Shown here piece by piece: positions 47,774 to 58,754 of a DNA stretch of 64,000 bases (positions are counted from its first letter, which is position 1; every line of letters starts with the position of its first letter). A program made the translations under genes and the position numbers. Source of the stretch: Bacteroidota bacterium (lineage in GTDB: Bacteria > Bacteroidota > Ignavibacteria > UBA10030); the NCBI GenBank assembly GCA_021813905.1, contig JAKAJH010000004.1:53654-117653 (forward strand), given 5' to 3'. The notes below the pieces were generated by a model. It did not search any database, was not told the origin of the DNA, and saw only the letters and a list, made by a program, of their open reading frames with translations.

Positions 47774-49278
47774 CCTTTCTTCACTCCATCCGCTGGCGGC
47801 TCACGCTGTGGTACGCTGTCGTCTTCGGTGTGACGATCATCGGAGCCGGCATCACCGCCTACTTCATCACACGGTCGACGATGTTGGACAACCTGGATCG
47901 TTCGCTGCGGAACGAGGTCAAATGGGTCAATGAATTCATCGAGCCGCGCGCCAAGCGCATCCCGCTCAAACGGGCCGCGTTGCGCGAGCTGGAGGAACTG
48001 AAGCGCTCCGCCGCTGCCCAGACCGATGAGAGCGACCAGGCGTCCGACGTCTCCGACGAGGAACGCGCCGCCAGCGACGAGATGTGGGAACAGATCTACC
48101 AGCACACCCTCCTCAGCCCCCGGCGCCATTTCATTCAGATCCTCGACCGGAACGGGGACCTGCTGTACCGGTCCCAGAGTCTCCGGGGATACGCCATCCG
48201 CTATGACGACATTCCGTACCAATGGATCAACGTCGTGTCAACGCAGCTCGAAGACGGCGAGGATATTCGCCTGGCTCTGATGCAGAACAACTACGTCAAG
48301 ATATTCGTCGCCTATCCCCTTGAACCGGTACACGAGGTGCTCGACAGTGTCTTTACGAACGTCCTGCTGATCGTCCCCATCGCCCTGCTGATCTCCATTG
48401 TCGGCGGCTGGTTCCTGGCGCACAAATCACTGAAGCCCGTCGATAATCTGACCCGAGCGGCCCGGGAGATCACGGCACGGAATCTGAACCGACGCCTGCC
48501 GGCACTCCGCGGAGACGATGAGCTGGGCCGGCTGACGGAACAGTTCAACGACATGATCGGCCGGCTGCAGGCTTCGTTTGAGCAGGTCCAGGAGTTCTCC
48601 GCGGACGCTTCGCACGAACTCCGCACACCGCTGACCATCATGCGAGGGGAGATCGAGGTTGCGCTGCGGAACGCGCGCCTGTCGCGCAGCACGCGGGAAA
48701 TCTTTGAGAGCGTGCATCACGAGATCATCCGGATGTCCTCCATCGTCGAAAGTCTGCTGATCCTGACCAAGGCCGAGACGGGACGTCAGGCGTTCACGTT
48801 TTCCGCCATCGCCCTCGACGAGCTGGTGCGGCAGATCGCCGAGGATGCGCGCGTCCTCGCCGAACCGAAGCACATCCGCGTCAAGGAAGAGCGGATGGAC
48901 CACGTCATGGTCGCAGCGGACGGCGCCCGTCTGCGTCAGCTCCTCCTGACGCTCGTGGACAATGCCGTCAAGTTCACGCCGGCGCGGGGCACAGTGACGC
49001 TGTCCGTTGTCCACGCCGGATCGACCGCGCACATTCGCGTGAAGGACACCGGCATCGGAATTCCCCGCAAGGATCAGGAGCGGATCTTCGAACGATTCTA
49101 TCGCGTCGTGCGTGACGATGATTCCGGGGGGACAGTGCCGGAGGGAAGCGGACTCGGCCTGTCGATCGCCCGGTGGATCGCCGAAGCACATAACGGTACG
49201 ATCTCCGTCGAAAGCCGTGAGCGACGCGGAAGCATGTTCACAGTCTCCCTGCCGCTTTCTCCCCCGTTGAAGGGCTGA
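47770..49278 (+). CDS. Sensor histidine kinase (TM-periplasmic-TM-HAMP-HisKA-HATPase)
   Basis: SHELRTPLT H-box, N/G1/G2 boxes; 4-nt overlap with the regulator. Confidence 0.8.
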   Translation: MTFLHSIRWRLTLWYAVVFGVTIIGAGITAYFITRSTMLDNLDRSLRNEVKWVNEFIEPRAKRIPLKRAALRELEELKRSAAAQTDESDQASDVSDEERAASDEMWEQIYQHTLLSPRRHFIQILDRNGDLLYRSQSLRGYAIRYDDIPYQWINVVSTQLEDGEDIRLALMQNNYVKIFVAYPLEPVHEVLDSVFTNVLLIVPIALLISIVGGWFLAHKSLKPVDNLTRAAREITARNLNRRLPALRGDDELGRLTEQFNDMIGRLQASFEQVQEFSADASHELRTPLTIMRGEIEVALRNARLSRSTREIFESVHHEIIRMSSIVESLLILTKAETGRQAFTFSAIALDELVRQIAEDARVLAEPKHIRVKEERMDHVMVAADGARLRQLLLTLVDNAVKFTPARGTVTLSVVHAGSTAHIRVKDTGIGIPRKDQERIFERFYRVVRDDDSGGTVPEGSGLGLSIARWIAEAHNGTISVESRERRGSMFTVSLPLSPPLKG

Positions 49279-49362
49279 CCCGCGATTCCTTGATTTTCCC
49301 TCAACTTTTCGGTATGTACGGAACGATGTCCATCCAATCCGTACAATCCGAGTAGCATTCCC

Positions 49363-50124
49363 GTGCAACCGTCACCTGCGCCAAAGCCATCCGGACGTCA
49401 CAAGACGTACTTTTTTTCCGATGCCCACCTCGGGCTCGGCTCGCGAGAAGAAGACCGCCAGAAGGAACAGCGGATCATCCAGTTCCTGGATTACGTCAAA
49501 CGAGATGCGGAGCAACTCTTCATTGTCGGCGATCTGTTCGACTATTGGTTCGAGTATCGCACCGTGGTGCCGAAGGGCTATTTTCGGCTGCTCGCGAAGC
49601 TGGCCGAGCTGACCGACCGCGGCATCCGGATCACCTATGTCGTGGGCAATCACGATTTCTGGCTGAAGGACTACTTCCACGAAGAGCTGGGAATGGACAT
49701 CCAGCGGGATCCTATCGAACGGGAGATCCGCGGACGGAAATTCTACATCCATCACGGCGACGGACTGCTCAAGGCGGACCGGGGATACCGGCTGCTCAAG
49801 CGCGTTCTCCGGAACCGCGTCTGCGTTGCCCTGTTCTCCTTCCTTCATCCCGATCTGACCGGGCGGATCGCCCGCTGGTCATCCCGCAAGAGCCGGCAGT
49901 ATACCAGCAACCGCCGCTACGAAGGGAACGACATGCAGGAGTTTGCGGCGAAGAAGCTGCGCGAAGGGTTCGATTATGTGGTCATGGGCCACAACCATGC
50001 GGCACAATTCCGGCGGATCGGCCGGGGATTCTACGTCAACCTTGGCGACTGGATCTTCGAGAACGGATTCGCCGTCTTTGACGGTCATCGCCTGGAACTG
50101 CGCCGCTGGAAGCCGTCGCGCTGA
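49363..50124 (+). CDS. UDP-2,3-diacylglucosamine diphosphatase-like metallophosphoesterase (LpxH family)
   Basis: FFSDAHLG...VGDLFDYWFEY...GNHDFW...HHGDG motifs. Confidence 0.6.
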   Translation: MQPSPAPKPSGRHKTYFFSDAHLGLGSREEDRQKEQRIIQFLDYVKRDAEQLFIVGDLFDYWFEYRTVVPKGYFRLLAKLAELTDRGIRITYVVGNHDFWLKDYFHEELGMDIQRDPIEREIRGRKFYIHHGDGLLKADRGYRLLKRVLRNRVCVALFSFLHPDLTGRIARWSSRKSRQYTSNRRYEGNDMQEFAAKKLREGFDYVVMGHNHAAQFRRIGRGFYVNLGDWIFENGFAVFDGHRLELRRWKPSR

Positions 50125-50153
50125 CCGTTCGCAGGCGAACGCCCTGAGGACGC

Positions 50154-52466
50154 ATGGCTGAACAGAAGTACAGTTCGGAGGATATGGAGCGGTATTTCAA
50201 CGATCCGGAATACCGCCGCACCCGCATGCAACATCCCAAACGGCTGTTCAGCAAATACCGCCTGTTCCTGTACGGGGGAATCTTTGTCGCCGTCGTGCTC
50301 GCTTCGTGGTATGCGGTATACGTCATCAACGGTTTGCCGCCCCTCGAGAAACTGGAAAATCCCAAGACCGAACTGGCGACAAAGATCTACTCCAGCGACG
50401 GCGTGGTGCTGGATCAGCTCTTCTATAAGAACCGCACTCGCGTCCCGCTGGATAAGCTCCCTCCCAATCTGATCAAAGGCCTGATCGCCACCGAGGACAA
50501 GGATTTCTACTCCCACTGGGGCGTGAATCTTCCACGCTTCATCCGCCAGATGATCATCAACGTGGTCACATTCCGGGCCGCCGGTGCCAGCACGATCACA
50601 CAGCAGCTGGCGCGAAATCTCTACAAGCTGCAGGGCCGGCACGAATCGATGTTCGATAAGATTACGCGAAAGATCCGCGAGTTCTTCACGGCCGTTCAGA
50701 TCGAGCGCAACTTCACCAAGAACGAGATCCTCGAGCTCTACCTGAATGTGGCCTATTTCGGCCGCCAGGCGTACGGCATCGAATCTGCCGCGCAGACGTA
50801 TTTCGGCACACCCGCCGCGGAGCTCACCGTCCCCGAGTACACTCTGCTGATCGGCATGCTCAAGGGGCCGGGCTATTTCGATCCGATCAACCATCCCGAT
50901 CGGGCCTTTGCACGACGCGACGTCGTCCTCGACCAGATGATTCAGGAAGGACTGCTTACGCCACAGACCGCCGCCGTTGTCCGAGCGGACTCGCTCGAAT
51001 TTCACACGGTCGAATCGGAGTACCGCAGCGGCATCGCCCCGCATTTCGTGGAATGGGTGCGCCAGCAGCTGCTGAAGAAAGAAGAGAAGTACGGATTCGA
51101 CATTTACGCCGACGGCTTGCAGGTCTATACCACGCTGGACAGCCGGATGCAGCGGTACGCGAATCAGGCCGTGGAAGAACATCTGAAGGAGTTCCAGACC
51201 AACTTCGACGCGACATGGGACTGGAACAAGGCCCCCGATATTCTGAAGGACAACGTTGAAAAGGCGATCCGCGAGAATGAGATGTACCGCAAGGCGCGCA
51301 ACGCGGGCATGCGGGACAGCATCGTCCGTGCTCTCCAGTCGAATGCGGCGTTCGTCGACTCCGTCAAGACGGCGGCGCAGACCATCGAGGTGGGATTCGT
51401 GGTCATCGATCCGCACAACGGTCACATCATGGCAATGGTGGGCGGACGGAATTTCCGGACGTTCAAGTACGGATTGAATCACGTTACGCAGATCCGGCGG
51501 CAGCCGGGATCCGCCTTCAAGCCCTTCGTTTACACGGTGGCCCTGGACAACGGATACCCGCCGTGCTTCGAGCTGCAGAATCAACCCGTGACCATCCCGA
51601 TGCCCGACGGAACACGGTGGACTCCGGAGAACTTCGACCGATCGGTCGGGGGCAAGTTCACACTGCGCGAGGCCGTCAAGCAATCGATCAACCTCGTCAC
51701 GGTGCGTGCCATCCTGGAGATCGCCCCGGCCAAACAGGTCGCCGAGTATGCGCACCGCATGGGCATCAAATCGCCCATCCCTGCATTCCCGTCTATCGCG
51801 CTCGGTACGGCTATCGTGTCGCCGCTGGAGCTGGTTTCGGCCTACGGCGTCTATCCCAACGAAGGCGTGCTGGTGTCTCCACTGGGTATTCTTCGTATTG
51901 AGGATAAGGATGGTAATGTGATCGAAACGGACTCGCCGGAGAAGAAGGAAGTCCTCAGCCGGGAAACAGCGTATCTGATGACAGACCTGCTCGAGGGAGT
52001 GGTCAACGGCGGGACGGCGACGCGCGGTGTGCGCTCGTACTACAACGGTCCGTGCGCCGGGAAGACCGGCACCACCAACGACTACGCGGACGCCTGGTTC
52101 GTGGGCTTCACGCCCCAGTTGACAGCGGGTGCGTGGGTCGGCTTCGACGATAACCGCATCAAGTTCGGCAGCGCCGACGGCCAGGGCGGCCGTGCCGCGG
52201 CGCCGATCTTCGGGCGATTCATGCAACGCACGTATGAAGATCCCTCCATCGGTCTGCCGCTGGAGTATTTCAATCAGCCGGACGGCATCGTGACCGACAC
52301 GATCTGCGCCGACACGAAGATGAAGGCGCGGGAATTCTGCCCCGTCAAGACGACGGAGATCATCAACGCCAAGTATCCCCTCCCCCTCTGCAACAAGCAC
52401 ACCAGTCCGTACTGGAATGAAGGTACGGACGATGACGCCCGCCGGAAGAGCAAGATCAACTGGTAG
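50154..52466 (+). CDS. mrcA: Class A penicillin-binding protein 1A (glycosyltransferase + transpeptidase)
   Basis: GT51 motifs (EDKDFYSHWGV, TITQQLARN), SAFKPF (SxxK), KTGTTND. Confidence 0.9.
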   Translation: MAEQKYSSEDMERYFNDPEYRRTRMQHPKRLFSKYRLFLYGGIFVAVVLASWYAVYVINGLPPLEKLENPKTELATKIYSSDGVVLDQLFYKNRTRVPLDKLPPNLIKGLIATEDKDFYSHWGVNLPRFIRQMIINVVTFRAAGASTITQQLARNLYKLQGRHESMFDKITRKIREFFTAVQIERNFTKNEILELYLNVAYFGRQAYGIESAAQTYFGTPAAELTVPEYTLLIGMLKGPGYFDPINHPDRAFARRDVVLDQMIQEGLLTPQTAAVVRADSLEFHTVESEYRSGIAPHFVEWVRQQLLKKEEKYGFDIYADGLQVYTTLDSRMQRYANQAVEEHLKEFQTNFDATWDWNKAPDILKDNVEKAIRENEMYRKARNAGMRDSIVRALQSNAAFVDSVKTAAQTIEVGFVVIDPHNGHIMAMVGGRNFRTFKYGLNHVTQIRRQPGSAFKPFVYTVALDNGYPPCFELQNQPVTIPMPDGTRWTPENFDRSVGGKFTLREAVKQSINLVTVRAILEIAPAKQVAEYAHRMGIKSPIPAFPSIALGTAIVSPLELVSAYGVYPNEGVLVSPLGILRIEDKDGNVIETDSPEKKEVLSRETAYLMTDLLEGVVNGGTATRGVRSYYNGPCAGKTGTTNDYADAWFVGFTPQLTAGAWVGFDDNRIKFGSADGQGGRAAAPIFGRFMQRTYEDPSIGLPLEYFNQPDGIVTDTICADTKMKAREFCPVKTTEIINAKYPLPLCNKHTSPYWNEGTDDDARRKSKINW

Positions 52467-52481
52467 CAGCGCGTACAGGCC

Positions 52482-52521
52482 AACGTCCGCCCCCCGTCTG
52501 AACAGACAGGAAGCGGACGTT
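52482..52521. terminator. Nested hairpin between convergent PBP1A and GHL10 genes
   Basis: AACGTCCGC ... GCGGACGTT outer stem with an inner GTCTG-AACA-GACAG palindrome. Confidence 0.35.
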
Positions 52522-52549
52522 CTGCTTCAATCGCCTTCCCCCGCGATCC

Positions 52550-54940
52550 CTATTTCAGAAGCATCATCTTCTTTACCATCCGGGTCGGACCGGAGGTCAG
52601 CACGTAGAAGTACGTGCCGCTCGGGAGCCGATCGGCTTCGAAGACGATGCTGTACGTACCCATGGGCACCACGTCTTCGATCAGCGTGGCCACCTCGCGA
52701 CCGAGCAGATCGTACACTTTGAGCGTTGTCATTCCGGACTGCGCAACGCTGAACGCGATCGTCGTCGTCGGATTGAACGGATTCGGATAGTTCTGCGCGA
52801 GCAGATACTCCATCGGTACGGTGCCGTCGCCGGACGTCACCGAGACGATCGAGGTCGTTCGGAATCGGGCTTCGACGGACAGATCGCTTTCGCCGGCGCT
52901 GTTGGTTGCCGTCACGGTCCACGAGTGATTCTTCAGCGCCTGGAGCGTTGTCTGACAGACTAGCGTCGTATCGGTGACGACCGTATCGATCACGACAACC
53001 CCGGGGAGGGACGCGATATTCAGCACACGGATGTGATACGACGTCGCCGGACATTTCCGCCAGACGAAGGTCGGCTTGAGCGGCACATTCGTGATGCCGA
53101 CGGGACTCACCAGAGCCGGCGGCAATGGCCAGCCCGTGTGGAAACTCGCCGGCGACGCATACGGACTCGCCGATCCCTGATTTCCCGCGGCGACCCGCCA
53201 GTAATACGTTGTCTGCGCCTGCAGTCCCGCCGTCAGCGCCGTTGTGTCCGCCGTCTGGAGAGAGGCCACCAGCGCACCGGCGCCGAAATCCGGAGCCGAC
53301 GCGAGTTCCAGGCGATATACCATCGCGCCCGTCGATGACTGCCAGGTCAGGGCTCCTCCACGCGCGAAATTCTGTTCCCCTTCCGCCGGCGTGGCAAGCA
53401 TGGGCGCCTGGACCGCGGCCGAGATGGGAACAACATTGCTCAGTCCGCTTTCGTTGTTGTTTCGATCAAACGCGGAAACGGCGTAGTAGTACTGGACATT
53501 CGCGCTGTCGATGCGCGCCGGAGGGATCCGGGATGTCACCCCCGTCAACGCCAGCATGTTCACCGGATGATCGGCATCGGACGGTAGGACAGATGATTGG
53601 GTAAACCGATACACCACGTACCGTCTGATCGAATCACCGTCTCCGGAAGGTGCCGGAGCGTTCCATGTCAGCTGGTAATTTCCGTCCATCCCCGGCCCGG
53701 ACACTGCCAGGTTGGAGGGGGCCTGAGGACGCGTCGTATCCTTCCATCCCATGACGGGAATGATCGACGGGCTGCGGAAGGACGTCGTGCTCAGTGTGCT
53801 CGCGAACGATCCGGTGACGCTGCCCGCCCGGAACAGGATACAGCCGCTTGCCCCCGACGAGTTGCGATTGAAATCGATCTGGGCGCCGATCGTCGAGATC
53901 CCCAGGGGAGCATAGTTGCCAGTGTACAGTTGCCGGCCGGCCGACGTTGCCTGCCCGACCCACCACGGCTGCAGCAGCGCGTAATCCTGGCCACCGCCGA
54001 ATCCCCAGTACAACTGCGGCGTGATGTAGTCAATGTATTTCCCGCTGATCCACGCAACCGCATCACAGTAGATGGTGCTGTACGCATCCATGCCGGCAAT
54101 CCCCTGTGGCACGCCGTTCTTCCAGATGCCGAACGGACTCATCCCCACCTTCACCACCGGACGGATCGCCTGCACACTGTCGTAAATCTGATGGATGAGC
54201 AGATTCACGTTGTCCCGGCGCCACGGTGCAAGACTGTCCGGGAAGGCAAATCCACGCGGATATTGGTGGAACGTCGACGTATCCTCCTTCGTAAAGCCGT
54301 GTTCCGGGTACGGATAGAAGTAGTCGTCCATATGGACGCCATCCACATCGTAACGCCGCACGACGTCCGCAATAACCTTGGCGACGAAATCCCGGACTTC
54401 CTGCAAGCCGGGATTCAGGAATTTGTATCCGTCCGGACATGTCAGCACCCACTCCGGATGCAGCTTTGTCACATGGTTCGCCGCGGTCGGATACGTGTCG
54501 GTCTCCCGATAGGCCCGATAGGGATTGAACCACGCGTGGATCTCCATCCCTCGCGTGTGCGCCTCTGTCACCGCAAAGGTGAGGGGATCATAGCCGTCGC
54601 CGGGTGCTGTTCCCTGCGTGCCGGTCAGCCAGTACGACCACGGCTCATACGGCGAATTGTAGAACGCATCGCACTCCGGACGCACCTGGAAGATGACCGC
54701 GTTGACTCCGGACGCGGCGAGATTATCCAGGATCGCTGTCAGTTGCGATCGCTGCGTGGCCGGACTGAGACCGCGGGATGATGGCCAGTCCAGGTTGGTC
54801 ACAGTCGCGATCCAGGCTCCGCGGAACTCCCGTTTGGGAACCGACGAAGCGGCAAGCACGCTCGGGCTCTGCGCGGAAAGTCCTGACACAACAGCGGTCA
54901 GTAGAACGACAAGAAGATGGATCCGGAATCGAAGAGACAT
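52550..54940 (-). CDS. GHL10 (DUF187, family-10 glycosyl-hydrolase-like) protein with Fn3-like domains and a T9SS C-terminal sorting domain
   Basis: Signal peptide; [17 protein letters not shown]...[26 protein letters not shown]-barrel core; C-terminal ...[21 protein letters not shown]. Confidence 0.7.
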   Translation of the reverse strand: MSLRFRIHLLVVLLTAVVSGLSAQSPSVLAASSVPKREFRGAWIATVTNLDWPSSRGLSPATQRSQLTAILDNLAASGVNAVIFQVRPECDAFYNSPYEPWSYWLTGTQGTAPGDGYDPLTFAVTEAHTRGMEIHAWFNPYRAYRETDTYPTAANHVTKLHPEWVLTCPDGYKFLNPGLQEVRDFVAKVIADVVRRYDVDGVHMDDYFYPYPEHGFTKEDTSTFHQYPRGFAFPDSLAPWRRDNVNLLIHQIYDSVQAIRPVVKVGMSPFGIWKNGVPQGIAGMDAYSTIYCDAVAWISGKYIDYITPQLYWGFGGGQDYALLQPWWVGQATSAGRQLYTGNYAPLGISTIGAQIDFNRNSSGASGCILFRAGSVTGSFASTLSTTSFRSPSIIPVMGWKDTTRPQAPSNLAVSGPGMDGNYQLTWNAPAPSGDGDSIRRYVVYRFTQSSVLPSDADHPVNMLALTGVTSRIPPARIDSANVQYYYAVSAFDRNNNESGLSNVVPISAAVQAPMLATPAEGEQNFARGGALTWQSSTGAMVYRLELASAPDFGAGALVASLQTADTTALTAGLQAQTTYYWRVAAGNQGSASPYASPASFHTGWPLPPALVSPVGITNVPLKPTFVWRKCPATSYHIRVLNIASLPGVVVIDTVVTDTTLVCQTTLQALKNHSWTVTATNSAGESDLSVEARFRTTSIVSVTSGDGTVPMEYLLAQNYPNPFNPTTTIAFSVAQSGMTTLKVYDLLGREVATLIEDVVPMGTYSIVFEADRLPSGTYFYVLTSGPTRMVKKMMLLK

Positions 54941-55089
54941 GGTGATTTCTTTCCGAGATGGCTCATGAACGGAATCCACGCCGACACGGTGGCCCGCGAT
55001 GCGATCGACGGTCCGGTACAGCGGTGGCGAGAAGGCGTATCGATCGCCGGCGGTCGGGCTCCCGGAGAAGGAACCCGGCCGTCAACGGG

Positions 55090-57510
55090 CTACTTCAGGA
55101 GAAGCATCTTCTTGACGATCCGCGTCGGCCCGGAGGTCAGGACGTAGAAATAGGTCCCGCTCGGCAGATCCGACGCCAGGAACGACACCGCATAGGATCC
55201 CGGTCCCCGAACATCGTCGATCAGCACCTGTACCTCGCGGCCGAGGACGTCATAGATCCGGAGAGTCGTCCGCGCCGTCTGCGGGAGACCGAACTCTATC
55301 GTCGTTGCGGGGTTGAACGGATTTGGATAGTTCTGTTTCAGAACGAAATCCGTCGGCACCGTGGCCTCGTCAGCCACGACGGTCACTGTTGCCGTGCGGA
55401 ACCGGAAGATCGCCGACCACAGGCCCGGCGCTACCGTGTTCACTCCCTGCACGCGCCAGTAGTAAATCGTGTAGCTCTCCAGCCCGCTGACGCTGACGGT
55501 CGTATCGGCGATTGCCGTGGTGTCCAGCACGAGAGTGGCAAATGTCGAGCTCTTGCTGATCTGGATCCGGTACGTTTGCGCCGCCTGTGCAGGACTCCAG
55601 GCCAGGGTCGGGTTCAGAGACACGTTGGCCGTGGGATTCACCGGCGACACCAGCACGGGCGTTGCCGGACGGGCGCTGGCAAACGTCCATGCCGCGGCGT
55701 ACGGACCATACCCGGCCGGATTCACCGCACCGACGCGCCAGTAGTACGGAATCTGTCCCGTCAACGACGGGACCACGATGAACGTATCGGTGACGGCCGT
55801 GTTCACGACCAGCGATGTTTGGAACGTCGAGTCCGTCGCCACCTGCACCTGATACCAGGAGGTCAGCGGAGCGGAATTCCATCGCAGGACGACCGAATCG
55901 GCGGCATCGGCAGAGCCGGACAGCGGGCCGGCCAGAACCGGCGCGACCGGTGTCGTCACCTGTGACACATTGGACATGGTGCTTTCGTTCTGGCCCCGGT
56001 CGAGCGCAGTCACCACAAAATACACTCCACCGCCGGTGCCGACCGAGCTTGGGACACTGGACGGACCCGGTTCCACCGCGACGATATTCTCAGCGCTGGC
56101 CAATTCCGTCGGTGCAACCGAGCCGTGGTCAAACCGGTACACCACGTAGCGGAACGCAGAGTCGCCGTCCACCCCTGGTGTGGGGGGATCCCACCGCAGC
56201 GCCGCGTTGCCTGTTCCGGCGATCTGCTCGAAGCGAAGATTCTGAGGGGCGTTCGGGGGGATACTGTCTTTCCACGGCATCGGAGGAATGAGTGCGATGG
56301 TGCGGTAGAAATTTGCGCGCAGGGAGTCCGCAAATCCTTTCGGATTATCGATCAGGCCGTTTCCTGCACGGAAGAACACGCTGCCTTCGGTCCCCGCAAC
56401 TGACCGGTCGGCCCGAATCTGGTTTGGGAGCTCACTCGCAGACCAGTTCTGACCGTCCGTGATGTGGTACGGCGCGTGACCGGGATAGAGATGACGCCCC
56501 GCGGTACGGGCCTGGTCCGCCCACCACGGCATCAGGGTCAGATAATCCTGACTCCCGCCGATCTTCCAGTACAGCTGCGGTGTCAGATAGTCGATGTACC
56601 CGTTCTTGAGCCAGGTGACTCCGTCGGAGTACAGAACATCATACGACGAAAGTCCCGTGATCCCTGCCGGCACACCGCTTTTCCAGATGCCGAACGGACT
56701 GATCCCGAACTTGACGTACGGCTTCACCGCCAGGATACTGTCGTGCACGGCCTTCACCAGAAGGTTGACGTTATCCCGGCGCCACCCCGCCCGATCTTCC
56801 ACGGCGAAACCCCGACGGTACTTGATCCAGCTGGAATCATCCTGGGTGGTGATGCCCTCATACAGATAGAAGTAATCGTCCCAGTGAACGCCGTCGATGT
56901 CGTACCGTCGCACAACATCCGTGATCACGTTAGTCACGTAGTCGCGGACCGCGGGGTTCCCCGGATCAAGGATCTGGATGCCGCCGGTCGAGTTGCTGAA
57001 ATAGAGGACCCAGTCAGGATGCGTTTGAGAAACATGGGTCGCTGCTTTCGGATAGCTCGCAGCGCCGGACACCGTCTTCACGCAGCGGTACGGATTGAAC
57101 CAGGCGTGCAATTCCATGCCGCGCCGATGCGCCTGTTCGACCGCGAACTGGAGAGGATCATAGTACGGACTCGGAGGCACTCCCTGTGCCCCGGTCAGCC
57201 AGTACGACCACGGTTCGTACGGCGAATTGTAGAGTGCGTCGCATTCGGTCCGCACCTGGAAGATGACGACGTTGATGCCCATGCTCTTCAGCTTGTCGAG
57301 CATCGTGTTCAATTGAAGTTGCTGGAGCACGGCATCGCCGCCGCGGGTGGTCGGCCAATCAAGATTGGTCACGGTAGCGATCCAGGCCGCGCGAAACTCG
57401 CGTTTGGGATTCGTGGAAGCGGTGGAAGCGCGGAATTCCTGGGCGGAACCGACGCTGAATGTGACCGCGATCCAAGCGAGGAGAAGACCACGGCGTATCA
57501 ATATGGCCAT
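55090..57510 (-). CDS. GHL10-family protein with Fn3-like domains and T9SS C-terminal domain (tandem paralog)
   Basis: [17 protein letters not shown]...[23 protein letters not shown]; C-terminal ...[21 protein letters not shown]. Confidence 0.7.
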   Translation of the reverse strand: MAILIRRGLLLAWIAVTFSVGSAQEFRASTASTNPKREFRAAWIATVTNLDWPTTRGGDAVLQQLQLNTMLDKLKSMGINVVIFQVRTECDALYNSPYEPWSYWLTGAQGVPPSPYYDPLQFAVEQAHRRGMELHAWFNPYRCVKTVSGAASYPKAATHVSQTHPDWVLYFSNSTGGIQILDPGNPAVRDYVTNVITDVVRRYDIDGVHWDDYFYLYEGITTQDDSSWIKYRRGFAVEDRAGWRRDNVNLLVKAVHDSILAVKPYVKFGISPFGIWKSGVPAGITGLSSYDVLYSDGVTWLKNGYIDYLTPQLYWKIGGSQDYLTLMPWWADQARTAGRHLYPGHAPYHITDGQNWSASELPNQIRADRSVAGTEGSVFFRAGNGLIDNPKGFADSLRANFYRTIALIPPMPWKDSIPPNAPQNLRFEQIAGTGNAALRWDPPTPGVDGDSAFRYVVYRFDHGSVAPTELASAENIVAVEPGPSSVPSSVGTGGGVYFVVTALDRGQNESTMSNVSQVTTPVAPVLAGPLSGSADAADSVVLRWNSAPLTSWYQVQVATDSTFQTSLVVNTAVTDTFIVVPSLTGQIPYYWRVGAVNPAGYGPYAAAWTFASARPATPVLVSPVNPTANVSLNPTLAWSPAQAAQTYRIQISKSSTFATLVLDTTAIADTTVSVSGLESYTIYYWRVQGVNTVAPGLWSAIFRFRTATVTVVADEATVPTDFVLKQNYPNPFNPATTIEFGLPQTARTTLRIYDVLGREVQVLIDDVRGPGSYAVSFLASDLPSGTYFYVLTSGPTRIVKKMLLLK

Positions 57511-57647
57511 GAGAACAATTCCAAAGTCGGTGAGTAAAGGAACCGGGTGATCGGTCGGGACGGTCCTCCGTGCCTCCCCCCGAGGACGCCCCTGTCAAGG
57601 TAGGAAACGCTCGCCAAAAATCCAACGGCGGAGCGCCGTCGGCACGG

Positions 57648-58751
57648 TCACTGTGACGCCGGTGACAGCAGCTCGCGAAGCGCCGTCCGTACGAGCCGGA
57701 GATCGACATCCGGCACGACGCGCGTCGCTCCCACGCCCACAGGGAGAACGAACCGATTGCGCGCGCCGGCGCGCTTCTTGTCATGTCCCATCGCCGCCAG
57801 GATTTCCGCCGGCCGCAGCGACCCGATGTGCGCGTGGATGGGAACACGTCGGATCAGCGCATCGATGCGCTCACCGTCGTTGCCGCTGAGCAGCCCCAGA
57901 GCGCGGGCAATCGCCGACTCCGCACGCATACCGAGAAGGACGGCCTCCCCATGACGAAGAAGCCGGTACCGCCCGGCTGCCTCCAGCGCATGCCCGATCG
58001 TATGACCGAAGTTCAGCACGATCCGTTCTCCGCGCTCGCATTCGTCCGATGAAACCAGTGACGCTTTGATCCCTGCGCAAACGGCCTGGGCACGCGCCAC
58101 TGCATCCTCACCCAGATTCAGCAGATCTTCCAGCCCCGCCTCCAGAACGCGGAAGAAGACTTCGTCACGGATCACCGCGTACTTGATCACCTCACCGATG
58201 CCGCTGATGAGCTCACGCCGCGGAAGCGTGCGCAGATATGCGGCGTCCGCCCAGACGAACCGCGGCTGGTGGAACGCGCCGATCATGTTCTTCCCGAGCG
58301 GATGATTCACGCCGGTCTTGCCGCCGATCGAGCTGTCCACCTGCGCCAGCAGTGTGGTCGGGACCTGCACCACCGGAATGCCCCGCTGATACGTCGCGGC
58401 AACAAATCCCGCAAGATCCCCCACCACCCCTCCGCCGAAGGCGATCACGCCCGAAGTGCGGCCGATGCCACCGCGCAGGAGGGACGTGTAGATCGCATCG
58501 GCCCGGCGCAGGCTTTTCTGCCGTTCGCCCGGAGGAAGGACAATCGTCATCGGACGGAAACCCGAGCGGCGAAGCGTCTGCAGGAGCGGGGAAAGGTGAT
58601 ACGCCGCCACGGTTCGGTCGGTGATGACGGCGACCGGATCGTTAAGACCGTGCAACCGGCATGTCGCGCCGAAGTCGGCGATCAGGCCGGTTCCCGCGTA
58701 GATGGGGTAGGACCGCTCTCCCAGTTGAACGATGGTTGAGGGTGTCGGCAT
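57648..58751 (-). CDS. aroB: 3-dehydroquinate synthase
   Basis: GGGVVGDLAGFVAATYQRGIPVVQVPTTLLAQVDSSIGGKTGVN. Confidence 0.85.
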   Translation of the reverse strand: MPTPSTIVQLGERSYPIYAGTGLIADFGATCRLHGLNDPVAVITDRTVAAYHLSPLLQTLRRSGFRPMTIVLPPGERQKSLRRADAIYTSLLRGGIGRTSGVIAFGGGVVGDLAGFVAATYQRGIPVVQVPTTLLAQVDSSIGGKTGVNHPLGKNMIGAFHQPRFVWADAAYLRTLPRRELISGIGEVIKYAVIRDEVFFRVLEAGLEDLLNLGEDAVARAQAVCAGIKASLVSSDECERGERIVLNFGHTIGHALEAAGRYRLLRHGEAVLLGMRAESAIARALGLLSGNDGERIDALIRRVPIHAHIGSLRPAEILAAMGHDKKRAGARNRFVLPVGVGATRVVPDVDLRLVRTALRELLSPASQ

Positions 58752-58754
58752 GGC

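Noticed and set aside
50085-52400. 771-aa minus-strand ORF across PBP1A
   Set aside because: It is antisense to a gene with complete GT51 and transpeptidase motifs.
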